A stretch of 64,000 bases of DNA from the NCBI GenBank assembly GCA_963787835.1, contig CAWBEI010000002.1, positions 128,001 through 192,000 of the forward strand, given 5' to 3'. The stretch is from Ignavibacteriota bacterium (lineage in GTDB: Bacteria > Bacteroidota > Ignavibacteria > Palsa-1295). Positions 37,342 through 47,098 of the stretch are shown here, one piece after another (positions within the stretch are counted from its first letter, which is position 1; every line of letters begins with the position of its first letter). The notes under the pieces are model-generated. The model was not told the origin of the DNA. It did no database searches and saw nothing but the letters and a program-made list of their open reading frames with translations. Both the position numbers and the translations under genes were made by a program.

Positions 37342-38736
37342 ATGGAACGAAACGGTCATCCAACAGATACGAACGGGACGATGGAAGCACGCTGGTCTAA
37401 TTCACCGGAATTGCGCGGCGTGGGAATCCCTCTGGCAAAATACAATTTCCCGAAAGACCAGCGCCGGTTAGGCGGCGATTTCACCGTGGAGCAGAATGTC
37501 GGCCAACTGCTTCGATTTTTCCTCTTCGAGCGGAATATCCTTCGAGCGATGGCCGGCTGGGGAATGGGCACACCGGAGTTCGAAGTAAAGGTCGAGTTCG
37601 GGCGGCATATCTATTATCATGCAGAAGCAGGAATGAAGATCCGTACCCGGCTTACGGAACTCCGCATGGCTGAAGAAACAACGGATAAGTTTCAGTCCGA
37701 TGAGATCGCCGAGTTATTCAATGAGTTGATCCTTTCCGAAAGCCCGGCACACTTTGTCGCCGCATTATATGGAGTAGTGCTACCACATTTGAAACGGGCG
37801 TATCAGGAACATTCCGCACACACCGATCAGGTTGCGGACGCCCCAACGGTTCGGATCATCCATCAGATCATGCCGGATTACGATGCGATGATAGCATGGG
37901 GTAAAGGTGCGATCGAAGCATATATTCAAGGCGGATACAACGAGGGCGGTCTGCACAAGTGGCAATATCACATCGAGAAGCTGCTACGCTCTTTTGGGGG
38001 AGTCGGCGGTTCTGCCGAACGTGGTAAACGGCCAGACTCACTTCGTTCTGCGGGCAAGCCGCCGTTCGAGCGCTCCTTCATCGCTACCCGCGATCCGCGC
38101 TTCGATACTTTTGAAGATACCTATGATTATCAGGTTGGCGATGATGGCCGGTTAGGCTACGAATCAGAGTTCGACAAGACTCGCCTGAATCTCGTCCGGT
38201 CACAACGCGATGAAATGGACGCCATCGAAACGTTCGCAAATGTACTCTATGAGATCCGCAATGTGCCATTTGGATTCGATTACGATATTGCCCGTATCAT
38301 CTGGGATGAAACGCGCCACACCGAACTTGGCCACAAAGCGATGGAAGCCCTCGGGTATGATCCTTATGATCTCTTAAATCGCCTCATTGGTATCAAAGTA
38401 CGCACAAAGTTACCGGCTGTGTATTCGCTGGCAGAGATCAATCTGTTCGGCGAGGCCAACATTGTGCAGGAATGCCTCCGCTATGCCCGCGAAGCATACG
38501 AAAAGGGTGACGACCTGACGGGACGCCTCTTCGATTTCGTCAATGCCGACGAGCGTACCCACATCAGCAAAGGCGTTCATTGGCTAAAGCATATCTTCAA
38601 GACCGATTCCGTGCAGGAGATCGAACAAAAAACGAAACAGATTGCCATCGACCGCCTGCTCGAACTCGGCATTATTGATCACGAAGTCGCGTTAACCATT
38701 TCGCACCGGGAACTGGCGAAAATCATTGGGGAATAA
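37342..38736 (+). CDS. ferritin-like (DUF455-type) di-iron protein, two-domain
   Basis: DEMDAIE, WDETRH and ADERTH motifs; start ATG 37342 preceded by GAGGA. Confidence 0.75.
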   Translation: MERNGHPTDTNGTMEARWSNSPELRGVGIPLAKYNFPKDQRRLGGDFTVEQNVGQLLRFFLFERNILRAMAGWGMGTPEFEVKVEFGRHIYYHAEAGMKIRTRLTELRMAEETTDKFQSDEIAELFNELILSESPAHFVAALYGVVLPHLKRAYQEHSAHTDQVADAPTVRIIHQIMPDYDAMIAWGKGAIEAYIQGGYNEGGLHKWQYHIEKLLRSFGGVGGSAERGKRPDSLRSAGKPPFERSFIATRDPRFDTFEDTYDYQVGDDGRLGYESEFDKTRLNLVRSQRDEMDAIETFANVLYEIRNVPFGFDYDIARIIWDETRHTELGHKAMEALGYDPYDLLNRLIGIKVRTKLPAVYSLAEINLFGEANIVQECLRYAREAYEKGDDLTGRLFDFVNADERTHISKGVHWLKHIFKTDSVQEIEQKTKQIAIDRLLELGIIDHEVALTISHRELAKIIGE

Positions 38737-38751
38737 TTGCTAAGGTTTGTC

Positions 38752-39564
38752 TCATTTCAAAATAGCCTCTAATCCTTTGCAGCCATTTTTCACGGCAAGG
38801 TCATACGGTCGATCACCCGCATCATCTTTCACATTCTTGTTCGCTCCATATTCCACAAGTAGGTGTGCTGCTGAAGTATCGCACTGCTTAGCGGCTTGGT
38901 GTAAGAACGTGTCACCATTCTCATAGTGTATAGACGGATTTGGTGTGGCACCAAACTTTAATAATATCTGAATAATTTGGAGATCGTTAGCGCGACGTGT
39001 GTCACCAGTAGTATCATGTTGTTCGATTTCGATATCCTTCTGCTTTAGTGTATTCATTCTGTGACTCTCGGAAAGAGCGAACCAGAGTGGCGTAATGTTA
39101 TGTGGAGCAATAAAATTTGGATTGGCTCCATTGTTAAGAAGGAAGAAAATCATCTGAATATTTCCTAAAAAGATCGACTGTATTAGAGGTGTTATACCAG
39201 ACGAGTCTGGAAGATCCACACTCAGCCCGTGTTCAATTAGATATTTTGCGGCAATAAATCTATTAATCGATACGCAGTGACCAATTAGCGATCCACCGAG
39301 AGTTGGGCAACGTGATTGAATATCAGCGCCGTGATTTAAAAGAATATTAATCATTAAAGTATCATCCTTATCTACTGCCCACTCTAAAGGACTGCTTCCG
39401 AACTGGTCTCGTTCATTTGGATTTGCACCCTCGTTTAGCAATTTTTCAACAAGCTGATAATTTTGCCTGTTTATTGCACGATCAAGAAGCGGCGGCTCTT
39501 GCGAACGCGAACATACAGTACAGACTATGAGCAAGAAAAAACAAATAATAATTTGACGCATCAT
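38752..39564 (-). CDS. exported ankyrin-repeat protein
   Basis: GSSPLEWAV, GITPLIQSI and GDTFLHQAA repeats; signal peptide. Confidence 0.88.
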   Translation of the reverse strand: MMRQIIICFFLLIVCTVCSRSQEPPLLDRAINRQNYQLVEKLLNEGANPNERDQFGSSPLEWAVDKDDTLMINILLNHGADIQSRCPTLGGSLIGHCVSINRFIAAKYLIEHGLSVDLPDSSGITPLIQSIFLGNIQMIFFLLNNGANPNFIAPHNITPLWFALSESHRMNTLKQKDIEIEQHDTTGDTRRANDLQIIQILLKFGATPNPSIHYENGDTFLHQAAKQCDTSAAHLLVEYGANKNVKDDAGDRPYDLAVKNGCKGLEAILK

Positions 39565-39568
39565 TGTA

Positions 39569-40783
39569 TTAAAAATGATACGACCCGCTCACCATGGGGA
39601 TCACCTCGAAGGGCGCATTGAACACATACTGCCCTAATGTTTCCATATTGCTCGCTCCTGCTTTGTAGAGCGAAAAGACCACCGCCGCATCGATCGTGAG
39701 ATCGTTCTGGAAATACCGGACGGAAAAAATGGTTGGAACAATTCCAAAATCCTGAATAAAATAGAGCTCCAGCGCTACCTTCAAGTTCTCGCCCACCCGC
39801 ATATCTCCGGCAAAGCCAAAAAAGGAATTCTTAGGATAATACAAGGCGCCCGATGAATCGATCACGCCGCTTTGATAGGACATCCCCACCAGCAGCGTCA
39901 ATTCGGATTCCCATGTTCCGTAGGTAGCCGCAAGATACGGGAATGCGATGTGCGTTGTGTTCACAACCTTCGAATAAATATCCTGAAATCCAGCGGAAAC
40001 ATTGAGCACATCCGAACCATAGGGAGTGATCTTTATGCCGCCGGTCATCGCCGTCACGGTGGTCGGCAAAAAAGGTGCAAGAACCCCGCCCGCATTCAGG
40101 CTGATCCAATCCGTGACGCCATAATTGGCTTGCAAGCCTGCGACCATATAATCATTCAGGAAGAAATTACCTTCCCCGAAGGAGCGCGCCGTTGGCAAAA
40201 GAAAATCCTGCGAGGATTCGGGATCTTTCGCAACATAATACTTGGAGGTCGCAAAATCCTCGCGCCGGTCATTCTGTCCGGACCAATTATCGACATATTG
40301 CAAGTCCGGGTAGGTAAAGAAGAGATTCCCATAATCAGTTGCGAGGATCACATGCGCGGTATCGTCAAAAATATATCGGTGCCCTTTGAAAATATCGAAA
40401 TCCTTCGTAGCAACGGTGGAAGTATCCGGCATTTTCGGCTTTCGGAGAAAGCGCATCACCTCATTGGTTTGCACATCGGTAATATTTTTTAGCGCAGCAG
40501 ATTTCATATCCCCCTTTTGCACCCAATTATACCGGTAGTCGATCGCATAATTGATGCGGTCGATGGGAATTTCGAGTCGTCCATAGGCGGTTTCGACAAT
40601 AAATCGGTCTGGCAAAGGTCTCGCGAGAACGGTCACATAAAATTCCGAAGAATCGAACATGACGAGCTTCACATAACTATCCGGTGTAAGCTGGTCGGGA
40701 GGCATTTGGGCTATGACCCGATGCGAAAGTAGCAGCAGAATGAATAGTGTGAGCAAAGTCCTCAACAAGCTATTAAATGTCAT
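39569..40783 (-). CDS. exported/outer-membrane hypothetical protein
   Basis: Signal peptide VIA-Q, FLLPTAR motif, beta-rich C-terminal half ending YHF; start uncertain. Confidence 0.65.
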   Translation of the reverse strand: MTFNSLLRTLLTLFILLLLSHRVIAQMPPDQLTPDSYVKLVMFDSSEFYVTVLARPLPDRFIVETAYGRLEIPIDRINYAIDYRYNWVQKGDMKSAALKNITDVQTNEVMRFLRKPKMPDTSTVATKDFDIFKGHRYIFDDTAHVILATDYGNLFFTYPDLQYVDNWSGQNDRREDFATSKYYVAKDPESSQDFLLPTARSFGEGNFFLNDYMVAGLQANYGVTDWISLNAGGVLAPFLPTTVTAMTGGIKITPYGSDVLNVSAGFQDIYSKVVNTTHIAFPYLAATYGTWESELTLLVGMSYQSGVIDSSGALYYPKNSFFGFAGDMRVGENLKVALELYFIQDFGIVPTIFSVRYFQNDLTIDAAVVFSLYKAGASNMETLGQYVFNAPFEVIPMVSGSYHF

Positions 40784-40925
40784 CCTGAGCGGAGCAAAAC
40801 GGAGCGATAGCGTAGTTTTGCTCAGTCGAAGGATCTCCGGACATTCATCACTCAGCTGAGCTGCATGGGATCCTTCGACTCCGTTCGCCCCTCCTTCGTC
40901 GGGCCGAACTCCGCTCAGGATGACA
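40778..40925. repeat. REP-like palindromic element (TGTCATCCTGAGC...GCTCAGGATGACA)
   Basis: Terminal inverted repeats plus inner GTCGAAGGATC/GATCCTTCGAC arms; second copy at 56504. Confidence 0.85.
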
Positions 40926-40944
40926 ATCATTAAATTTACTACTC

Positions 40945-41508
40945 TCACTTCTTTATCCTTCCCGGATTCATTTCCACAAATTGCTTCCAGTTCTTGGAAG
41001 AAGCTTTCGCGGCTGTGGACGAACTGCCGTTCCGAAATCGCGCCGCGTGCGTGATCGCAACCGCGAGCGCATCATACGCGTCCGGTAGTTTCTTATCCGC
41101 AGGTTTTAATCCTAATAATGAACGAACCATGAATTCCACTTGCTCCTTCGAGGCATTTCCGTTCCCAACGACGGCCCGTTTTATTTCGCGTGGCGCATAT
41201 TCTGCGGGCGGAACATCCTTGAGCATGCTCGCCAGCATCGCTACGCCGCGCGCATGACCTAACTTCAGCGTCGATTGCACATTCTTGTGATAGAATGCCG
41301 ATTCGATCGCAACCGCATCGGGGTTTGCGCGCTCGATCACCGCCGTGAGCCTTGTAAAAATAACACGCAGCCGAACGGCCAGAGTTGCAATCCGTTTGGA
41401 TTCGATGGTGCCATATTCCACCAGCTCGAAGCTGTTCCCGTTGCTGCTCGATTGGATCACCCCGTATCCGGTAACCAACGTGCCTGGGTCGATGCCGAGT
41501 ATCTTCAT
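40945..41508 (-). CDS. ruvC: Holliday junction resolvase RuvC
   Basis: ILGIDPG, AIES, G.ARG, ASKEQV and DAYDALAVA motifs. Confidence 0.96.
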   Translation of the reverse strand: MKILGIDPGTLVTGYGVIQSSSNGNSFELVEYGTIESKRIATLAVRLRVIFTRLTAVIERANPDAVAIESAFYHKNVQSTLKLGHARGVAMLASMLKDVPPAEYAPREIKRAVVGNGNASKEQVEFMVRSLLGLKPADKKLPDAYDALAVAITHAARFRNGSSSTAAKASSKNWKQFVEMNPGRIKK

Positions 41509-42362
41509 TGTGGTAACCTCAGCCGGTTCTTCACCCAAACATTCAGTGCGATCCGTATTTTTTGGAAATTCGAAAATCTGATACGCTCGGCAAAAACATT
41601 AAATCTTGATTTCTCGATCTTGGTCAAAAGCCGGAAATAGATCGCGTCCATGATCTGCGCAGCAACCATGGATCGCCGTTCATCCGGTAGAAGCAACGAG
41701 TGCGCTTTTGAATAAAATTCTCGCGCCCGCTCTGCCTCGAATTTCATCACGGCTATGAACCGCTCATCATATAGCGAGGATATAATACTTTGCTCGTCGT
41801 ATCCGAATTTGTGGAGATCTTCGAGCGGTAAATATATTCTATTATTTGCCGCATCCTGTTTTACATCACGCAGGATGTTCGTAAGCTGAAGTGCGTAGCC
41901 AAGCTGGACAGCATATTCCCGGGTTTCTTCGTGCTTGAACCCAAATACTTGAATGGAGATCAACCCGACTACGCTTGCAACCGCATAACAATACTCTAGA
42001 AGTTCCTCGAAGGTTTCGTATCGCGTTTGATGGAGATCCATCTCCACGCCATCAGTGAGTGTCAGAAGATACTCTTTCGGAATCTCATATTCATGAATAA
42101 TATCTCTTAAAGAAATCATCACGGGATGTGTTGGCTTGCCGTTGTAACACGCTTCTATCTCCATGCGCCATGTTCGGATGCGCTCTTGCTTTTCTTCGAC
42201 AGATGCGTTATCTTCATCCACGAGGTCATCCGTGTATCGGCAGAAATCATAGATACGGAGCATGGCTTCGCGCTTCCGTTTTGGCAGAAGCATGAAGGAA
42301 AAGAAAAAATTACTGCGACGTGAGCCAGAGTGAGCAGATGCCATTGGCATGTGCAACAGCAA
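41505..42362 (-). CDS. hpnD: presqualene diphosphate synthase HpnD
   Basis: SNFFFSF, FCRYTDD, YCYAVASVVG and LQLTNILRDV motifs. Confidence 0.82.
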   Translation of the reverse strand: MLLHMPMASAHSGSRRSNFFFSFMLLPKRKREAMLRIYDFCRYTDDLVDEDNASVEEKQERIRTWRMEIEACYNGKPTHPVMISLRDIIHEYEIPKEYLLTLTDGVEMDLHQTRYETFEELLEYCYAVASVVGLISIQVFGFKHEETREYAVQLGYALQLTNILRDVKQDAANNRIYLPLEDLHKFGYDEQSIISSLYDERFIAVMKFEAERAREFYSKAHSLLLPDERRSMVAAQIMDAIYFRLLTKIEKSRFNVFAERIRFSNFQKIRIALNVWVKNRLRLPQ

Positions 42363-42371
42363 CTTTGAACG

Positions 42372-43241
42372 CTAAACTCCGCTACGGTTAGTGAATGCGG
42401 ATAGAAGCATCTTCAATTTTTCAAGCATAGATAGCGTGGGCCGCTCCTCAATGGTATTCCCATTTATTGCTCGAATCTTCCCGATCATCATTCTTGCACC
42501 TGTTAGAACGGCACGAAGCTCCATTCGAAGGCGTCCGCTCACGCTTGCAGGAAGTGCAGCACCATTCGCGAGCAGTTGTTCGATTCTATCGCATTCGAAG
42601 AGGATCAATCTGTCCGTCATCGAAGAATTCAATACTTCATCGGCGGTTTCGATGCCGAATGACTGGAAATCTTCTCGTGGGAAATAGCAGCGATTCTGGG
42701 TAAGATCGTCTTTAGCATCCTGAAGAAAATTGATAAGTTGCAATGCGGTGCAAATATCGTTCGACCACCCTATTCGTTCCTGATCCCGATAGCCAAACAG
42801 CGCCAGCACTAACTGCCCCACGGGTTCGGCGGAACGCATGGTGTACCAGTGCAGATCATCATACGTATCGAAACGAACGTTGCCACGGGCATCGAATTCG
42901 AATGCATCGACCAGCATATCGAATGGCTGAATCGCAAGACTAAATTTTTGAACAGTATCCTGTAATGCGAGAAAGATGGAATCGCTGGGCTGCTCGTTCT
43001 TATAGATGGAATGAAGCATTGTGCGCCAATCTGCAAGCAAAACAAGCCGTTCTTCGCTCGAACGATGTGGGAGATCGGCAAAATCATCCGCGGTGCGCAT
43101 GAAGGCATAGAGCGCGTAGAAATACTTGCGAAGTTTGCCTGGAATCAGCACGGAGCCAACGGGAAAATTCTCGTAATGGCCAGTGGCAATTTGCCGGCAA
43201 TGTTCGTAGGCTTCGTTGGGGGATGGGTTTGTCACGCCCAA
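42372..43241 (-). CDS. hpnC: squalene synthase HpnC
   Basis: HYENFPVGS, RSAEPVG and CTALQLINFLQD motifs. Confidence 0.88.
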   Translation of the reverse strand: MGVTNPSPNEAYEHCRQIATGHYENFPVGSVLIPGKLRKYFYALYAFMRTADDFADLPHRSSEERLVLLADWRTMLHSIYKNEQPSDSIFLALQDTVQKFSLAIQPFDMLVDAFEFDARGNVRFDTYDDLHWYTMRSAEPVGQLVLALFGYRDQERIGWSNDICTALQLINFLQDAKDDLTQNRCYFPREDFQSFGIETADEVLNSSMTDRLILFECDRIEQLLANGAALPASVSGRLRMELRAVLTGARMMIGKIRAINGNTIEERPTLSMLEKLKMLLSAFTNRSGV

Positions 43242-43243
43242 TC

Positions 43244-43645
43244 CTACTTCAATAATGCGACAAAACCAGCTTGCTCAAAATGTTTATCGCCGGTGAGCGC
43301 TTCTTTAATACCCTGATCGCGCATGACGATAAAGGATGTGCAGTCTGTAAGTGACCATTCTTTATCAGAATGTCGATGATAATAATGGAGAGCATGGTCG
43401 AAAAGATCTCGACTGGCTTCGAGTACTTCACAGTGAGGTAGTGATCTTAAATAAAGGAAATAGTCGCGTGCTTGATCGCGTACTTCTGAACCGGCTAAAG
43501 CATCCGCTACTTCCATCAGTACCCAGTCGGTTGTGACGAGACTGGCCCGCATGGTTTTTGAAAACTCAATCACACGATCGTGATGTTGATCCTCCTGATT
43601 GATCCGAGCAATGAAATAATAAGCATCAGCAAAAAATACTCTCAT
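43244..43645 (-). CDS. vapC: PIN-domain VapC toxin
   Basis: FADAYY, E, SLTDCTSF and TGDKHFEQAGF motifs. Confidence 0.9.
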   Translation of the reverse strand: MRVFFADAYYFIARINQEDQHHDRVIEFSKTMRASLVTTDWVLMEVADALAGSEVRDQARDYFLYLRSLPHCEVLEASRDLFDHALHYYHRHSDKEWSLTDCTSFIVMRDQGIKEALTGDKHFEQAGFVALLK

Positions 43646-43863
43646 TTTTTCGGATGCCCGTGGACGTAATGATCGATATTCGCCGCTAAGTCTGGCGGAA
43701 GATCAGTAGCAATGCCATCCCATTTCTTTAGCATTTCGTACAGCGTAGGGATTTCTTCCTCTTCAGGTATCACGCGCACGGTCATCCCATCCGGCCAGTC
43801 CACGTCAGGCGGCATGACAACGTGGCCTTTTTCGATTTTCGCTGTTATTGGTTGGTATGTCAT
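43642..43863 (-). CDS. putative antitoxin
   Basis: 73 aa, ATGA overlap with vapC, DLPPDLAANIDHY motif. Confidence 0.75.
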   Translation of the reverse strand: MTYQPITAKIEKGHVVMPPDVDWPDGMTVRVIPEEEEIPTLYEMLKKWDGIATDLPPDLAANIDHYVHGHPKK

Positions 43864-43984
43864 AATATCACCATGTTTACAATAACGCAGGTTCAGAGTA
43901 GGAAATTCATTCCGTAAAGTTCAACCCCATGCAAGAAATGCCTCGGAGCCGAACGGCATTCATTTACGTTTAGGCGCTTGATAT

Positions 43985-45007
43985 ATGGAAGCTCGCCGAA
44001 ACGCCGCCTCAAGTCGTCAATCCGCTTGGATTCACCGGTTCGCTATTTTCACAGCAGTGTGCTGTTTTGCGCTGCTATTTATTGGTGGGCTTGTGACAAG
44101 CCATCAGGCCGGGCTATCCGTCCCCGACTGGCCGACGAGTTATGGCTGGAACATGTTCACCTTCCCGATGAAAGATTGGACGGGCAACATTTTTTACGAG
44201 CACACGCATCGGCTGTTCGCATCGTTCGTCGGCTTTCTTATTCTTGCTCTCGCGATCGTTCTGCAAATCTATGAGCCGCGCAAGTGGGTGAAGCGACTTG
44301 GGTGGTTCGCATTGGGTTGTGTGGTGATGCAAGGCGTTTTGGGTGGAATCACCGTGCTAACCTATCTTCCTCCTGCGGTTTCGAGCGCACATGCGGGGCT
44401 CGGGCAAGCGGTGTTTTGCTTAACCATCGGCATTGCAATGGTTACCGGTAAACGATGGGACAAACAAGGAACTAAGTGGAGTGAGCGGACGAAAGTTGGT
44501 GTTAGGATGCTTTCATTGATTACTGTATGCTGTATTTTCACTCAACTTATGATCGGTGCAGTGATGCGGCATACCTTTTCCGGCCTTGCTATCCCATCGT
44601 TCCCATTTGCACCGAATGGCAGTTTAATTCCCGATTTCACGTCCTTCGGCGTGGCGATCAATTTTACTCACCGCGTTGGTGCATTTGTGGTTACGATCAT
44701 GATGTTCCTTACAGCGCGCGCTATCTTTCGGTGGTATCCACGGGAAAGATCGCTGGTATTTCCCATGATGTTTGCCATGCTCCTGCTTGGCATTCAGATC
44801 ATGCTTGGCGCCATCACAATATGGAGCCAGAAAGCTGTTACGCCGACCACACTTCACGTCTCCTGTGGCGCGGCTATTCTGGGAACGATGGTTTATATTA
44901 TGGTAAAAAGCCGGCACATGTTGGCGGCTAAGGCAGAGAACGTGACCTATGCCAGCGAAGGGAGACATACTTTAAGCGAGAAAATAGCTTCGGCATCGGT
45001 AAAATAA
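43985..45007 (+). CDS. ctaA: heme A synthase (COX15/CtaA)
   Basis: AGLSVPDWP, EHTHR, QGVLGG and THR motifs. Confidence 0.9.
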   Translation: MEARRNAASSRQSAWIHRFAIFTAVCCFALLFIGGLVTSHQAGLSVPDWPTSYGWNMFTFPMKDWTGNIFYEHTHRLFASFVGFLILALAIVLQIYEPRKWVKRLGWFALGCVVMQGVLGGITVLTYLPPAVSSAHAGLGQAVFCLTIGIAMVTGKRWDKQGTKWSERTKVGVRMLSLITVCCIFTQLMIGAVMRHTFSGLAIPSFPFAPNGSLIPDFTSFGVAINFTHRVGAFVVTIMMFLTARAIFRWYPRERSLVFPMMFAMLLLGIQIMLGAITIWSQKAVTPTTLHVSCGAAILGTMVYIMVKSRHMLAAKAENVTYASEGRHTLSEKIASASVK

Positions 45008-45913
45008 ATGGAGAATACTGCAAAGCTTGATTCCCCGGCAGCCCCACCATCCTTCGATTGGCGGCAGCTTCTGCGGGATTTCTACGATCTTTCGAAACCT
45101 GGCATTGGATTTTATTCCCTGCTAACAACAGCCACCTCGTTCTGGCTTGCCTCCACGGAATTTAATCTCGTCCTTTTCATTCACACGATGATCGCAACCG
45201 GGCTTGTAACCTGTGGCGGCGGCGCGTTGAATCAAGTGATCGAGATCGAGGCAGATTCTCAGATGCGGCGTACCGAGAAGCGTCCGCTTCCATCTGGCAG
45301 AGTGTCACCTACTGCCGGCCTTGCGTTCGGGGTACTTGCATCTCTGGCTGGGGCGGTTTATATGCTAACCTTTGTTGGAAGTTTGGCAAGTATTCTTGCC
45401 ATTCTGACACTTCTTGGATATTTATTCGTCTATACTCCGCTGAAGAAACGGACGCATCTTTCCACGCTTGTGGGTGCGTTCCCGGGAGCAGTTCCCATCC
45501 TGATCGGCTGGGCGGCCGCGCGCGGGTCGCTGAATGTAGAGGCATGGTCGTTGTTTGCAATATTGTTCCTGTGGCAGATCCCCCATTTCCTCGCCATTGC
45601 GTGGATGTACCGTAAGGATTACGCCCGCGCAGGGTTCCCGATGCTCACCGTTATCGATCCGGAAGGCTCCCGTGTCGCCTTTCAAGCCCTGAGTTACACG
45701 CTTGTCCTTATTCCTGTCAGTTTATTACCGTCGCTTCTGAAATTGACAGGGCCGATCTATTTCGGCGGAGCATTGCTATTGGGAGTCGGCTTTACCATCG
45801 CCGCAATTCGCATCGTGAGTGCGCGCACGAATACCACTGCGAAACAACTGCTCTTTGCCTCGATCATTTATTTGCCGGTTCTGCTCGCACTGATGGCGAT
45901 CGATAAGCAATGA
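45008..45913 (+). CDS. ctaB: protoheme IX farnesyltransferase
   Basis: D..MRRT..RPLPSG, YTPLK and WQIPHF motifs. Confidence 0.95.
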   Translation: MENTAKLDSPAAPPSFDWRQLLRDFYDLSKPGIGFYSLLTTATSFWLASTEFNLVLFIHTMIATGLVTCGGGALNQVIEIEADSQMRRTEKRPLPSGRVSPTAGLAFGVLASLAGAVYMLTFVGSLASILAILTLLGYLFVYTPLKKRTHLSTLVGAFPGAVPILIGWAAARGSLNVEAWSLFAILFLWQIPHFLAIAWMYRKDYARAGFPMLTVIDPEGSRVAFQALSYTLVLIPVSLLPSLLKLTGPIYFGGALLLGVGFTIAAIRIVSARTNTTAKQLLFASIIYLPVLLALMAIDKQ

Positions 45914-45973
45914 CAGCGTTCGGGATGTGAACTAAATGATCTACCGCTGCTTTTATAGCATGGGAGAACGAAT

Positions 45974-46525
45974 ATGCTGGAAACCATAGAAAAACGGGCA
46001 ACGATCCAGGACTACGAGCGTCTCGAAGAAGGTGCGCCCTATCAACTGATTGGCGGAGAATTAATTATGACCCCGAGTCCCAGCTTTTTTCATCAGAGAA
46101 TTCAATACCGACTTGCAAATGCACTCGGTACCTTCGTTGAGAAGAATAGACTCGGTATTCTTGTCGGTGCACCGCTCGACGTCTATTTAAGCGATGAAGA
46201 TGTCTATCAACCCGATCTCATCTTTATTCGCGCAGACCGGGCACACAATCTCCAAAAAGATAAGCTCCATATTATCCCCGATCTTGTCATTGAAGTGCTT
46301 TCATCTTCCACGGCTTATTATGACTTTACACGCAAGAAGGAAATGTATTGCACGCACGGTGTATCGGAATATTGGATCGTTGATCCTGAAGCCGAAACAA
46401 TCGAAATGATGGTCAAGCGCGGTGAGATTTACCAAACGGAACAATTGCTGCACAAAACCGGTACATTGGAATCCTCGATGTTTCCTGCCTTTAGCATGAA
46501 AATACAGGACGTTTTTGAATTCTAA
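45974..46525 (+). CDS. Uma2-family endonuclease
   Basis: ELIMTPSP, QPDL, PDLVIEVLS and EYWIVDP motifs. Confidence 0.9.
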   Translation: MLETIEKRATIQDYERLEEGAPYQLIGGELIMTPSPSFFHQRIQYRLANALGTFVEKNRLGILVGAPLDVYLSDEDVYQPDLIFIRADRAHNLQKDKLHIIPDLVIEVLSSSTAYYDFTRKKEMYCTHGVSEYWIVDPEAETIEMMVKRGEIYQTEQLLHKTGTLESSMFPAFSMKIQDVFEF

Positions 46526-46605
46526 AGAACAATGAATGTGTCTTTTCTTTCACGAACTGGTACCACATTCTCCATGTTTACTTTATTTAAGGGTTTAAAA
46601 GCAGG

Positions 46606-47013
46606 ATGAAACGCAAACATATTATCGCTCTCGTCGTCGCGGTCGCATTTATCGGTATTGCGGCATTTGCGTTGATCGATAATAAGGTCGATTACTCGGA
46701 TTTTGAAAAGGCTGCATCGAGCGGGCGGCGCACCCAGGTATCCGGAACCTATGATAAAGATAAAGGCGCTCAGTATGACGCAAATTCCAACACGTTCTCC
46801 TTTTTCATGAAAGATCGTGCCGGGCACGAAATGCCGGTTAAATATGCAGGCATGAAGCCGAACAACTTCGAGATCGCGCCTAGCGTCGTCTGTGTTGGAA
46901 AAGTCGAAAGCGGTGTATTCGAAGCCACGGATATTCAGACCAAATGTCCATCGCGGTACGAGGGTTCTGGCAAGATGAATACAAATGTAACAAGTCAGTC
47001 CGGCCAATCATGA
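46606..47013 (+). CDS. ccmE: heme chaperone CcmE, CxxxY variant
   Basis: N-terminal TM, KP.NF and KCPSRY motifs. Confidence 0.85.
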   Translation: MKRKHIIALVVAVAFIGIAAFALIDNKVDYSDFEKAASSGRRTQVSGTYDKDKGAQYDANSNTFSFFMKDRAGHEMPVKYAGMKPNNFEIAPSVVCVGKVESGVFEATDIQTKCPSRYEGSGKMNTNVTSQSGQS

Positions 47014-47029
47014 GGTCAACTCGACCGAT

Positions 47030-47070
47030 GAGATTGCTTCGTCGTCCCTCTCGGGCTCCTCGCAATGACG
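47030..47070. repeat. half REP-like element (GATTGCTTCG...CCTCGCAATGACG)
   Basis: Matches the right arm of the 61633-61741 element; followed by TCTTAAT heptamers. Confidence 0.75.
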
Positions 47071-47098
47071 GTCTTAATTCTTAATTTTTAATTCTCAA

